64,000 nt of DNA, from the IMG/VR virus record IMGVR_UViG_3300033148_004210, positions 37,596 to 101,595 of that record. One strand, 5' to 3'. This DNA comes from a virus. Shown here piece by piece: positions 62,845-64,000 of the stretch. The translations under genes were made by a program, and so were the position numbers. Within the stretch, counting starts at the first letter, position 1. Each line of letters opens with the position of its first letter. The notes under the pieces were generated by a model, which saw only the letters and a program-made list of their open reading frames with translations, ran no database searches and had not been told where the DNA came from.

Positions 62845-63092
62845 TGGGAACAAAATGGAGAGATGCTCCTTTAGATGATTTTGTAATTCATAAGATGGCT
62901 GAAGGAGAATCGGGAGAAGAAACAGGTGAAACTTATAATTATTACCTATATATACATCCAACAGGACAGTCTTTAATTATGAGAGAAAAATCAGATTATA
63001 CAGAATATAAATATGCTAACAGTGGTTCTGGAGAAAGTCAATGGATTAATAGAACCAATTTAACATATGCAAATTACGACCAATTAGCATAA
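62844..63092 (+). CDS. Hypothetical virion-region protein
   Basis: 82-aa ORF translationally coupled to the portal gene. Confidence 0.55.
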   Translation: MGTKWRDAPLDDFVIHKMAEGESGEETGETYNYYLYIHPTGQSLIMREKSDYTEYKYANSGSGESQWINRTNLTYANYDQLA

Positions 63093-63104
63093 AGGAAAAG
63101 TATT

Positions 63105-63581
63105 ATGGCAGATTATAAAAATATAATTAATCCTTTTACAGGAAATTTACAAAGAATTAGTAATTCTAAAGGACATATAACTATCATTCCATTGTCTTAC
63201 GATAGTATAGGTCAAGGAGCATGGAATTGGTATAAAGAAAGTAATTATTTACTTAATGGATTATTTGTAAATGGTTCTAATGCTGATAATGATAGTATTA
63301 ATTATAAACTTTATTTAGAAAAAGGAACTTATACTTTACTATATATATCTAATACTAATAATAATTACGGAATTGCTGGTATTTATATTGATGGAGTTCA
63401 TATAGTAGATTTTGATTGTTATAGTGTTGCTCTCGCAATTACTGTTAATAATAAACAAACAGGTATAAAAATTACTAATTCTGGTATAAAAACATTACAA
63501 ATAAAAATTAATGGAAAAAATCCAGCAAGTTCTGATTATTTTGCAGGAATAGAATATATAGCTTTATGGAGAACTTCTTAA
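63105..63581 (+). CDS. Hypothetical beta-sandwich (carbohydrate-binding-like) virion-region protein
   Basis: NPFTG.L N-terminus; G.Y.L, GIA.IYIDG, G.K.L..K.NGKN..SS.Y. Confidence 0.5.
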   Translation: MADYKNIINPFTGNLQRISNSKGHITIIPLSYDSIGQGAWNWYKESNYLLNGLFVNGSNADNDSINYKLYLEKGTYTLLYISNTNNNYGIAGIYIDGVHIVDFDCYSVALAITVNNKQTGIKITNSGIKTLQIKINGKNPASSDYFAGIEYIALWRTS

Positions 63582-63582
63582 A

Positions 63583-63855
63583 ATGATTATTCAAATACAT
63601 ACTCCAGAAGGTATTATAAATTTAGATACAGATATAAATTCTGATGAAGAATTTGCTACTTATGGATTAACTAAATTAGAATGTTGTAATAGGGGAATGA
63701 TAGATGGATGCAAAATAAGAGTATATGAACAAGATACTGAACCTGATATAGGAGACCAAAAAATAGCTATATGGATAGATACTTCAACAGGAGGAGTAAC
63801 TTCTTTAATATTTAGAGAAGGAACTGGAGATATAAAAAAAGTAGAATTAATATAA
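63583..63855 (+). CDS. Hypothetical virion-region protein
   Basis: 90-aa co-oriented ORF. Confidence 0.5.
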   Translation: MIIQIHTPEGIINLDTDINSDEEFATYGLTKLECCNRGMIDGCKIRVYEQDTEPDIGDQKIAIWIDTSTGGVTSLIFREGTGDIKKVELI

Positions 63856-64000
63856 AGAGGAATAAATAATGCACAAACGACAAGGGCATAAACAAGGAGA
63901 AAGTTCTCCTATAGGAATAATAACTCCTGAATATATAACTCAATTGTATATGGATATAATAAATAAAAAAATATATGTTTCTACTGGATTAACATCTTCA

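Noticed and set aside
1-64000. Archaeal virus or cellular chromosome
   Set aside because: Sigma70-type promoters, bS21, def, ClpP, RecA and a U73 tRNA-Gly indicate a bacterial host; terminase, portal and gene organisation indicate a phage.

Overview
AT-rich segment of a large, apparently uncultured tailed dsDNA bacteriophage genome. Genes from 1 to about 52.9 kb lie on the minus strand in this order: a phosphonate/sulfate modification cluster (cytidylyltransferase-PEP mutase, split phosphonopyruvate decarboxylase, AEP transaminase, OCD-family reductase, 2 LicD, 2 sulfotransferases); replication/recombination genes (SbcCD-like, PolB, RecA, RuvC-like, Prim-Pol/helicase, 5'-3' exonuclease, RuvB, tyrosine recombinase); translation/proteostasis genes (bS21, peptide deformylase, ClpP, trypsin-like proteases, M17 peptidase); nucleotide-pool enzymes; and a promoter-rich early region of small ORFs. 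A ~1.5 kb non-coding strand-switch region follows. The plus-strand genes then include terminase and portal, interleaved with HNH homing endonucleases. A PVC-superphylum 'small basic/signature protein' homolog suggests a PVC host. Three observations stand out. (1) A complete 75-nt tRNA-Gly(UCC) cloverleaf with all bacterial GlyRS identity elements but non-proteinogenic features lies inside the reading frame of a PolB-Mom fusion, in the linker just before the Mom-type adenine-modification domain; this is a candidate self-contained, replication-coupled, Gly-tRNA-dependent DNA hypermodification system. (2) The phage encodes an aminoethylphosphonate biosynthesis-and-transfer pathway. (3) A metallophosphoesterase gene appears to need a CUU-UAA-CUU 'stop hop', next to a homing-endonuclease remnant and a duplicated gene start. 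All family calls come from motif recognition by eye; no searches were run.
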